From contig CAZPWM010000001.1 of assembly GCA_964590575.1 (NCBI GenBank), forward strand, positions 8,832 to 72,831: DNA of 64,000 bases, in the 5' to 3' direction. Numbering within the stretch: the stretch's first letter is position 1; every line of letters begins with the position of its first letter. Of this stretch, positions 48,748-58,000 are shown piece after piece. This stretch comes from an uncultured archaeon. GTDB taxonomy: Archaea; Asgardarchaeota; Thorarchaeia; Thorarchaeales; Thorarchaeaceae. The position numbers and the translations under genes were made by a program. Under the pieces are notes generated by a model, which had not been told where the DNA came from, ran no database searches, and saw only the letters and a list, made by a program, of their open reading frames with translations.

Positions 48748-49968
48748 ATGTTCAATACGCAGTCTGAAATTCAAATTATCACTGAGGAAACATTAGAATC
48801 TCACAGAAAACCAGGCGCCTCGATGGCACTTGAGTTTCCTGATACTTCAGATCTCCGGATAGACGATTGGTCGTTTGATGCTCTCTCAAAGAAACGAATC
48901 GCCACCATCACAGGAACTCAGGTGACGGGAGGAGATTCCACCTCCAAAGAAATCTATATCAAAGGATCCCATGGCGAGAAGACTTTGAGCTATGACAGAC
49001 TCATCTTAGCTACTGGAGGCATTCCTGCTTTGCCGAATATACCCGGTACGGATTTAGCAGGTGTCTTCACAATTCAGACGATGGCTGATACAAGTGAGAT
49101 TGGAAACCAGTTGTCTGGGATGAAATCGATTATAGTTGTTGGCGCTGGTTTCAGCGGTCTCGAAACTGCTGAGAGGCTTCTTTCAATTGGAAAAGATGTT
49201 CACCTCCTTATACGATCCCGACTTATGCGAAAACAATTGGAGGAACCAATGAGCCTGGAACTTCAGTCAAGAATTCCAGACAGACTGAATGTACACGTTG
49301 GTAAATCCCCTTCATCCGTAATTGGGGATAAAAAAGTGCAAGGAATAACTGTTGGTTCAGAAACAATTCCTGTCGATGCGATTCTTTTCATGACCGGTGT
49401 CCGACCTAATACCGAGCTTGCTAAGAAACTTGGTGTCAAGATTGGCCCCTTGGGAGGAATAGTAGTTGATGAAGCGATGAAGACATCTGTGAATGATATC
49501 TTCGCAGTCGGCGACTGCGTTGAGATGAAAGATTCGCTTACTGGAAAGCCACTTCTTCTTCCAATTGGTAGTGTAGCCGCTCGTGCAGGTCGACAAGCAG
49601 GAGTTACCGCAGCAGGTGGCTCCAAGATATATGATGATACACTACGTCGCCTACAGTATGACCATATCTTCAATACTGATATTGTTGTAGTCGGTCATTC
49701 AACCACAACTGCTACCGAGATGGGCTTGAAAACTGATGTTCAATATTTTGAGGATAGCACAGAATTTGCGAAAGTAGCTTTAGTCACAACTGATGATGGA
49801 CGCCTTGTTGGAGGTCAGGTGATATCTTCACGCATGGGTGCTCGGCTTGGTTATGAAATACTTGAGCGAGTTGAGTCTGGAGCCACCCTAAGAGAAAAAC
49901 CCCTTCTCAAACCACGTCACGAAAGATTGCGTGAGTATCTAGAATCTACTTATGGTCCTATTCGATAG
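48748..49968 (+). CDS. FAD-dependent pyridine nucleotide-disulfide oxidoreductase (N-terminus probably begins upstream at a non-canonical start)
   Basis: Second Rossmann IIVVGAGFSGLE, C-terminal FAVGDC; first Rossmann motif KIIIIGYGPGGAAAAVAAR encoded in-frame at 48691..48747. Confidence 0.8.
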   Translation: MFNTQSEIQIITEETLESHRKPGASMALEFPDTSDLRIDDWSFDALSKKRIATITGTQVTGGDSTSKEIYIKGSHGEKTLSYDRLILATGGIPALPNIPGTDLAGVFTIQTMADTSEIGNQLSGMKSIIVVGAGFSGLETAERLLSIGKDVHLLIRSRLMRKQLEEPMSLELQSRIPDRLNVHVGKSPSSVIGDKKVQGITVGSETIPVDAILFMTGVRPNTELAKKLGVKIGPLGGIVVDEAMKTSVNDIFAVGDCVEMKDSLTGKPLLLPIGSVAARAGRQAGVTAAGGSKIYDDTLRRLQYDHIFNTDIVVVGHSTTTATEMGLKTDVQYFEDSTEFAKVALVTTDDGRLVGGQVISSRMGARLGYEILERVESGATLREKPLLKPRHERLREYLESTYGPIR

Positions 49969-52897
49969 ATGGCGGTGGGAGTTCCCACTCATCATCATCT
50001 GCTTTCTGTGTGTTGAGGTATCGTCGAGGTGGTTTTTGTCGACCTTGAATCCTGGTTAATATGACATATCCGAGGCCAATTCCAACTACTCCCAAGAGTG
50101 AAAAGATAACTGTCAATACCAAGGCATCATCCGCCGCATAAACTGGAACTAGTATGGTTTTCGTAAAGATCCTCACATTCCCTGCTAAGTCGGTAGCTAC
50201 AACTTGGATAGAAAAGAATCCTCCACTATTGAAAATAAAGGAAGTTGAAAATCTATAACCGAATTCCTCGAGGATAGCACCAGTCAGGTTCACTCCAGCT
50301 GGTCCAATAATACTCATTGAAACACTCTCAAGATCGTCGTCGAAAATGTATGCTGACACATTTGCTTCTTGACCAAACTCACCGATGTTAAGTTTAACAT
50401 CAAATATCCTTGGAGCATCTGGTATGATAATAGTAGCTAGATTTCTCAAGAGTCTAAGATTATCTGCACCTACACTGATTGCATCAAATAGAATATCATC
50501 ATACAAAGTCGATCCGTCTGATATTGCGAAGACCTGTCCACGACCATATTCAGCTGTAGCAACAATGGCATGAGTCCTACCAGTATCTTCCCAGAGCAGA
50601 CCTCTCGCATTAGATATACTTGAGTTCACATGAAGTGTACTGCCTTGGACGACATAGAGGTTGTTCACACCATCCATTAATGGATCATTCTCTACGTAGC
50701 CGCTGTAGTTGGCACCGTATACCAATCCATATCCTTCAAATCCAAATCCTATTGCCCTCCTTTCGCACTGGATGCCAAACGGTCCGAGAATCGCATTGTA
50801 ATCATCGAAAGCAAATGATGCCTCTCCAGTAACCTGATTAAATGATTCTGAAAAAACAAGCAGTGTCCCTCCGTTCTCAACAAACGCATGAATCGCTGTT
50901 ATTTCACTCACAGAGTATGACGTTTCTGTGTCCATGATTGTGAACACATCTGCACCTGAAATTGTGCTCAAATCAATATAGCTTCTAGAGAAGTCTTCAG
51001 AATTGCCAAACTCTGACACTACCATTCCTTTCTCTCTAAGATATTCCGTAAAGTATCCATAGTATGAGGGGTCATCAATATCCCCGTCTGGGCCACTGGA
51101 ATGATGCTCCATGTCCACCATCATTCTCCCGCCAAAAATTGTGACGGTGTATCTGATTTCAATTGATGCAACAACATCACTTCCTTGTGTCAAATTGAGA
51201 TGACCTGTATATACTCCAGCAGCAGAAAGAGGTACGCCTTCAGGTATTACGAGTTCAACCTCGAAGTATGAATATCCTGTTGTTACTATAAGCTCTTCAA
51301 CATCTGTTTCGATAAATTGACTTGCATTCCCTGAGAGTGTGATGTTCACAAGACCTATTGATTGTGTCGAGATGACAGCAACATTTTGAGGGGGGCGATT
51401 ATCGCCAACAATAAGGACCTGTGAGCTTCCTGGTAGGGTTGGAAGGCTCCGTGGTGTCATCAGAGTTATGTCTCGTGCTGAGCTATCCAGAAGCTGAGAT
51501 GCTTTAGATACATTTGCCAAACCCCACCCCTGACTCATCGGGTCATCTCCTAGATCTTGTGCTGTGCTCATCAGAGCTACCTTTGCCTCCACTGGTGTAA
51601 GAGCCGAATGCCTCTGTGTTAGTAGAGCAATCAATCCCGCAATCATCGGTGTTGAAGCAGAGGTTCCGGACCAACGAGTATAACTGGTGCCAAACTGACT
51701 ACTGTTATAAGCTGGATATTCAAGAGCGTTGACATTGTTTCCTCTTCCTGAAACCACCTGATTTCCTGGTGCTACAACATCTGGTTTTGCAGTGTATCCT
51801 AGTGGATCTGAAGATGTTCGCAACACAGGGCCAACACTACTAAATGCTACAACACCAGTGTCACCAAATGAAGACCCAACTGTGACTGCTTCCTCTGCTA
51901 CCCCTGGAGAATTGATTGTAAATGCTGCTGGTCCTGAATTCCCAGCAGCAACAACAACAGAAATCCCGGCTGCAACTGCATTTTTAATCTCACTTATCGA
52001 TGGTTCAACAATGTACAAGCTGTCGACCCATTCTCCTCCCAGACTGATGCTTATGACATCCACATTTTGTTCGATTGCAAACTCAATACCTTGGGCTATT
52101 ACATCATCCTCACCAGATCCTGAAGCATCAAGCACTTTAATCGCTAATAGATTTGCACCAGGAGCAATTCCCATAAGACTACCATTGCTTGCAGTTCCAT
52201 CGCCTACCGCATTCCATGCGCATGCTGTTCCATGTCCATTGTCATCATAAGCAACAATACCGTTTCCAGGATTCATATCATCTTGACCATCAATCAAGTC
52301 CTTGAATCCAATCAAACGATTTTGAAGGTCCGGATGGCCACTCCAAACGCCACTGTCCAACACTGCGATTGTTGTACCTGTGCCATTGTAACCCTCAGCC
52401 CACATCAGGTCTGCACTAAGAATTGAATCGAAGTGAACATATCCGTTCCCGTTTTCAGCTAGAACGTATTTCTCTTGAGGTATAACTTCGTCAAGTAGCT
52501 GCCGTTCCTGATTCATCTTTATCGACTCCATGTTGGATACTTGAGAAAGAGCTTGGACTTCATCAACTCTGAGTGATAACGAAACCATAGGAATCAAGTG
52601 AAATGCATATCTTATTTGGACACTGTCAATACCTGCTAAGCTTATTCTTTCTACCATCTCATCAGTGGATGTTCCTTCTGGGAATTTCACTATGACTGAG
52701 ATGCGACTGTCAGATTCCATCGTAGATAATGCTACAGCAATGTCGGAATCAACGAGAGCATTCTTGTGTTCTGTTTCTTCTGTTACAGCTCCTGAATAAA
52801 TGGCGATAGGTGTGAATAGGAGAGTCAGAAGTACGACAGCCACAAAACGTCGATAGTATAATTTGTGGATAGCTGGCATGTTCAAATGTCCTTCCAA
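49958..52897 (-). CDS. Subtilisin-like (S8) serine protease, surface-anchored (979 aa; real start possibly Met at 52879)
   Basis: Signal peptide, TTIAVLDSGV, HGTACAW, AAGNSGP, WSGTSASTPMIAGLIALL; C-terminal TM then charged tail. Confidence 0.85.
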   Translation of the reverse strand: MEGHLNMPAIHKLYYRRFVAVVLLTLLFTPIAIYSGAVTEETEHKNALVDSDIAVALSTMESDSRISVIVKFPEGTSTDEMVERISLAGIDSVQIRYAFHLIPMVSLSLRVDEVQALSQVSNMESIKMNQERQLLDEVIPQEKYVLAENGNGYVHFDSILSADLMWAEGYNGTGTTIAVLDSGVWSGHPDLQNRLIGFKDLIDGQDDMNPGNGIVAYDDNGHGTACAWNAVGDGTASNGSLMGIAPGANLLAIKVLDASGSGEDDVIAQGIEFAIEQNVDVISISLGGEWVDSLYIVEPSISEIKNAVAAGISVVVAAGNSGPAAFTINSPGVAEEAVTVGSSFGDTGVVAFSSVGPVLRTSSDPLGYTAKPDVVAPGNQVVSGRGNNVNALEYPAYNSSQFGTSYTRWSGTSASTPMIAGLIALLTQRHSALTPVEAKVALMSTAQDLGDDPMSQGWGLANVSKASQLLDSSARDITLMTPRSLPTLPGSSQVLIVGDNRPPQNVAVISTQSIGLVNITLSGNASQFIETDVEELIVTTGYSYFEVELVIPEGVPLSAAGVYTGHLNLTQGSDVVASIEIRYTVTIFGGRMMVDMEHHSSGPDGDIDDPSYYGYFTEYLREKGMVVSEFGNSEDFSRSYIDLSTISGADVFTIMDTETSYSVSEITAIHAFVENGGTLLVFSESFNQVTGEASFAFDDYNAILGPFGIQCERRAIGFGFEGYGLVYGANYSGYVENDPLMDGVNNLYVVQGSTLHVNSSISNARGLLWEDTGRTHAIVATAEYGRGQVFAISDGSTLYDDILFDAISVGADNLRLLRNLATIIIPDAPRIFDVKLNIGEFGQEANVSAYIFDDDLESVSMSIIGPAGVNLTGAILEEFGYRFSTSFIFNSGGFFSIQVVATDLAGNVRIFTKTILVPVYAADDALVLTVIFSLLGVVGIGLGYVILTRIQGRQKPPRRYLNTQKADDDEWELPPPSIE

Positions 52898-53067
52898 TCG
52901 AACGACTTCTAGATGTAAGATAAGGCTTTTCTTGAGTGCTATCTTGCATTCAATACGCCAAACATCATAGCTCGGAAACTCCGAGAGATGTGAGTAAATT
53001 GGTTCGTGTCAATATTATAGTGTGGGTTGGATACTAAGTCCAACCACGAATGAGGTGTATTGACAAG

Positions 53068-53361
53068 ATGGGTGATAAACCACCGGTATATGAGCGACGC
53101 CTTCAGCTAAAGCACTTCTTTGAGGATCGTGAGACTAAAGATACACGGAGGACTCGGTTCGAGATTCAGGTAAGCATGCCCGAACAGACCTCCGAGGGTT
53201 GGGTGAACGATGGTAAGGTACGACTCTCGATTGGCGAGGACCGAAACATAAAGGGTTCCTTCCTCCTTTCAATCGAAGAGGCAACCAGATTTCTCAAAGC
53301 ACTTGAAATTGCTGTAACTGATCACGAAGTTGAGAAGGCTGCTCTCTGGAAAGAAAAGTAA
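53068..53361 (+). CDS. Hypothetical small protein
   Basis: ORF only. Confidence 0.3.
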   Translation: MGDKPPVYERRLQLKHFFEDRETKDTRRTRFEIQVSMPEQTSEGWVNDGKVRLSIGEDRNIKGSFLLSIEEATRFLKALEIAVTDHEVEKAALWKEK

Positions 53362-53486
53362 CAGACTAGGGCTTTATCCGGGATTTTGTATAGTCGGACA
53401 TGCCTTTCTATATTCGACAACAATACAAAGTTAATTTTTATCCTCCAAGAGGATTCAGGTTCTTGCGTCACACAGGAGGATTCTCA

Positions 53487-54578
53487 ATGTTTAGTCACTT
53501 ACCATCTGTTGGATATGAGCTACTTGTTGATTTTCAAATTCCAATGGATGATATCGTCGCAGCGATACCATACGTCGTGCCACTACTAGCACTTGCAATA
53601 TTGTTGTTTCTTTATCAAAGACATTTACCACAGACCGAAATGAAACGTAATATCACGCTATGCATCGGAATCCTCGGTTTTGGTGCTGCAATGATTGCAA
53701 TCATATATTCCACTTTCGGAACTTTGTTGGGTTTTGGATCTGCAAGCACTTTCGGGCATTTTCTACAACTCTTGACTGATATCTTCTTTGGATCTATATG
53801 GAGCTCACTTCTTTATTTTGCGGGTTTTATTGTGGTTCTCTCAATCATTGCCTACTATCTTATTTCACCACCTGATCCTGATCTTGTCGCATTACGCGAA
53901 GAGCTCAAGAGTTCAAAGAGTGAATCTAAGACTTCAAAGGATGAACTTCAGAAACTGGAGGCGGAGAACAAGAAGCTCACTGAATTTGTTTCTGAAAAGG
54001 AGGATACTCTAACTGCTCTTGAAGGTGAACTTGAAGCCATCAAGGCTGAGATTGGTGAACGCGAAACATCAATTGCGCTGATGGAAGAGCAACTGAAGGT
54101 TGGTTCTACTACTGCACCTAGTCCGGATGAGAACCTTCTTGAAAAAATCAAGATGAAGGATGCACAAATTCAATCCCTAGAAAATGAAATAGCTGATTTT
54201 CGTCTTGCAGCTGAAGGCTTACCACGACATCATGCACCAGCAGCTGATGACAATATTGTCATTGAGCTATCAAGCAAACTAAACGAGGCTCAGACAAAAT
54301 GGGAAGACCTAAGCCGAAGAGCTGAAACCGCCTCTGAAGTTTCAGATAGTGTCATCTCAGATTTAGTTGAGTTAATCTCTCACGTAGAATCAAGCAATCA
54401 AAGTGATGGAGGCAAACAGGCATTGGTCACGTTGATTGAAAGTCTAGGTCGTTCTATGACTCGAGTAGCTAGAGAAATTGGCGATTCCCATGGCGAAGAA
54501 CCTAAGATTGAGATGATTGGGGCAATAATCATGGTGAATGAGATCGTAGACACTATCAAGAAGATGGTCAGGAAATAG
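53487..54578 (+). CDS. Membrane protein with long C-terminal coiled coil
   Basis: GGAGGA 8 nt upstream of ATG 53487; 4 TM then heptad-rich EL/KL region. Confidence 0.55.
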   Translation: MFSHLPSVGYELLVDFQIPMDDIVAAIPYVVPLLALAILLFLYQRHLPQTEMKRNITLCIGILGFGAAMIAIIYSTFGTLLGFGSASTFGHFLQLLTDIFFGSIWSSLLYFAGFIVVLSIIAYYLISPPDPDLVALREELKSSKSESKTSKDELQKLEAENKKLTEFVSEKEDTLTALEGELEAIKAEIGERETSIALMEEQLKVGSTTAPSPDENLLEKIKMKDAQIQSLENEIADFRLAAEGLPRHHAPAADDNIVIELSSKLNEAQTKWEDLSRRAETASEVSDSVISDLVELISHVESSNQSDGGKQALVTLIESLGRSMTRVAREIGDSHGEEPKIEMIGAIIMVNEIVDTIKKMVRK

Positions 54579-55017
54579 TCCTCCTCCAGATTTCTCACTT
54601 CATCATCTTATATTTTCAATATGACATTGAAAGTTACATATTTTTGAAGATTGTTTCAAAAGGTGGTGTATCAGTATACACATTGACATTTTCCAAGCTT
54701 CATATCCGTTTTTGTTCGAAAAAAAGGAATATCCGCCTTCTTTTTATTCTTTTGAACTTTCTCGGCTCGAGCATAGACCATTCGGGGAAAATGAATAGCA
54801 CAAATTAGTACAAGTCTTGCGCAATCCTTAATAGAGGCAATCATGCTGTTCGTTCTTAATCACAAACCCTTGGAGAACGTGAATAGAGGAGAGAACTGAG
54901 CAATACTTGGTCAGTTTTGGAGGTTTTTGTACGTTTAGAGAGGATATTATCTTTGCGGAAATTGTGCTATCTAGACGGTCTGGTTCTCCATTGAAAAAGT
55001 GAGGAGATAAATATAAA

Positions 55018-58000
55018 ATGAATAACCTGAGAAAAACTGCGGTTTTACTTATTGTTGGTGTGTTCATATTTAGCATGGTACTTGTACCTTTCACACCAAT
55101 GGCCAATGTTGAATCCCAGGCAGCAGCTCCGACCAATTATCAAAAGGATTTCGTAGATAAGTGGGCTACACGCCTACAAGACGAGATGCCGTCGGAGAAA
55201 ATGGATTCGGTACTCGCATCCTATATCGAAACAGGTGTTTTGGATCAGAATGTTGTTACCACAAGAAGTGGTGACATCAAACTGGTTCTATACATGGAAC
55301 CAACGTTCGATGCATCTATACTGGCAAATATTGCTAAAGTGAACTGGAAGTTAGATCTAAAGTTGGTTACCGTTGTATCAGTTGATGTCAGCTCAGTTGA
55401 AGCTTTGAAACAGCTTAAGACTGTGGACAGTATTCAATATATTCAAGCTGATTATTTCCTAGAACCTGAACCGATTGTGGATCTGGCAAACGAAGTTGAG
55501 CCCTCAATGTTCGTAATCAATGATATGATTGGTGCCACCGGACCCTATGCTTCTGGATACAGCGGAACTGATGTTGTCGTGGGTGTCGTCGACTCTGGTG
55601 TCGACTTCAGTCAAGAAGACATGAGAAACGCTGAGTACAACAATGGTACCTATCCGATGTCTTACGACCCGTCAAGCATGGGTCTGACAGAGATGGTAAT
55701 TGGAAACAGCACTGTCGTCACCAACACAACTGCTTGGCTCGAGGCTGGCAACCTTCTCACATATGAGATGGGTGGCAAATACTACCTAAATGTCACTGGC
55801 TGGGATCCAGTCTGTAACATGGAAGGTAGTGCCAGACACCTAATGGGTCTTGCACCTCCATACGGAGATGGTTACCCATACGGTGCGGTTATCGGATTCG
55901 TCGGTCTATATGAGTGGGCTTGGGGTGGAAACAATATGTCCGAGTTCGTCTACAATGAGATGTGGAAGGACTGGGAGATTCCTGCTCCTGTTGCCGCTAA
56001 CTACACATTCGGTTGGGCGTTCCAACAGAAGATTGATGGATATGCAAAGGTGTTTGCGCCTTCAATGGTCTACGATGGTGGTCTAGTCATTGACTGGAAC
56101 GGAACACTTGGTTGGACTAGAATGTGGAATTGGGCCATTGCTTCCCAGAATCCTAACTATCCACAGTATCTGCCCACTGAGATTGATCTCAACACGACTG
56201 TTGATAGAGATTTAATCAAAGGTATGATGGACTGGAGCTACGTCGATGACATAGCTGCAAGTTACGTCTTCAACAAAGATAAGAACATCCTCATGGCTGA
56301 TGTTGACGATGATGGTACAATTGACTGTGGCCTTGGCTCACTGAGCTGGGCATATGATGATCTTGGTTGGTTGACAGTTAACCCTGGCCTGTTCTTCGGT
56401 ATCACCGATGATGGTATGGCATGGAACGCATTGTTCACAACTGACACAGACCATGGACACTGGACAGCTGCAACTATTGCATCTGCAGGCACCTACGGTC
56501 ATGATGTATATGGTAACGGAACTCTCTATTACTTACCTGGAGTAGCTCCCGGCGCGAAAATAATTGCTTCTAAAGGAATTACATCGGGTGGTGATCTAGC
56601 AGCACAAGTCTGGGCTATGGGCTTCACCCTAAATGAAACCTCTGGCTACTGGGAATACATTGGAGATGGTCCGGAACACAGAGCACACATGGTTTCCAAC
56701 TCTTGGGGTTGGGGTCCTGGTGGTATGTACCTACAGCTGAGGATTTACTCAATGGTGTACGACCTAGCATCAGTTCCTGGTGTATTGGCACCTTCCTATC
56801 CTGGAGTGCTCATGTTCTTCTCTGCCGGAAATGAAGGCACTGACTACGGTTCAATGGGTACACCTGGTGGTACATTCTCTGTGGTATCAGTTGGTGCGAC
56901 AATGGCTAACCACTTGTACGCAGATACCTACTATCCATACCAGCCTAACTATCAACAAGCATTCTTCACGGCGACCGGACCTGCCTACGCTGGCTTTGTT
57001 AAGCCTGATGTAATGGCGCCCGGTTTCTTCGGGTTCAGTCCAGAACCATCCGAGAATGATTGGCTTGATGCAGGCGATACGTTCCTATATTGGTCCGGAA
57101 CAAGTCTGTCCTGTCCAATAGCTGCGGGCGTTACTGCACTCATTATGGATGCCTACAACGTCAATAATGCAATGATGCCATCCCCACAAATGACAAAGAA
57201 CATTCTCTTGTCATCTGCTACAGATATGGGTCTCGACCCATTGAACCAAGGTCATGGCTTTGTCAATGCTGAAGCTGCATGCGCTGCTATCGAAACTGGT
57301 GCTGTTGCCGAATATGTCTTCGAAACAGCAAGCTTCAAGAACTACGGCGAGCAGATTGCAGACTCATGGGCATACTGGGTTGCTGACTGGTCTCCATTCG
57401 GCGACATCTACTACAACGACACTGCTATCCCAGCCCTGCTAGATCCTGCAGGTCTTGAGTCAAGCAGTCTATTCTTCGGTACTGTCGTTCGTGGAGAGAC
57501 TAAGGAAGTCACAATGTCCATTGTGGACTATGCAGGAACTGGTGCAGTTCTTACTGACTTCGATACTGTCCAACCATGGTACTACACTGAAGCCAGTAAG
57601 CTAGAGTTCTCACTCACAGGCTACAAGTACAATGACACAAACTTCGATCCCTACATCCTAAGAGATGGATACTTCAATCTCTTTGACAACATGACTGGCC
57701 CTGAGCAAACCGCCTTCTTAGACGCCAACTACGCGACAATCCAGATTGCGTTTGATGCGGCTGATACCGGTATCTCTGCTCGTCTGTTTGATTGGAGTGA
57801 CACATCTGGTGGGACAGAATTGAACTTCTGGAACACTAGCACAAGTACAGGCGACTATCTTGTCTATGTCCACAGGTGCAATGGACCGAACCTCCTGACC
57901 ATGCGTGTCGGGAGTGCAGGAACATTGGCTGACCTCTTCAACTACAACCCAACACTGATACTGTTTGGTGCAGATGGAGTCACAGTGGATGTTACCATCC

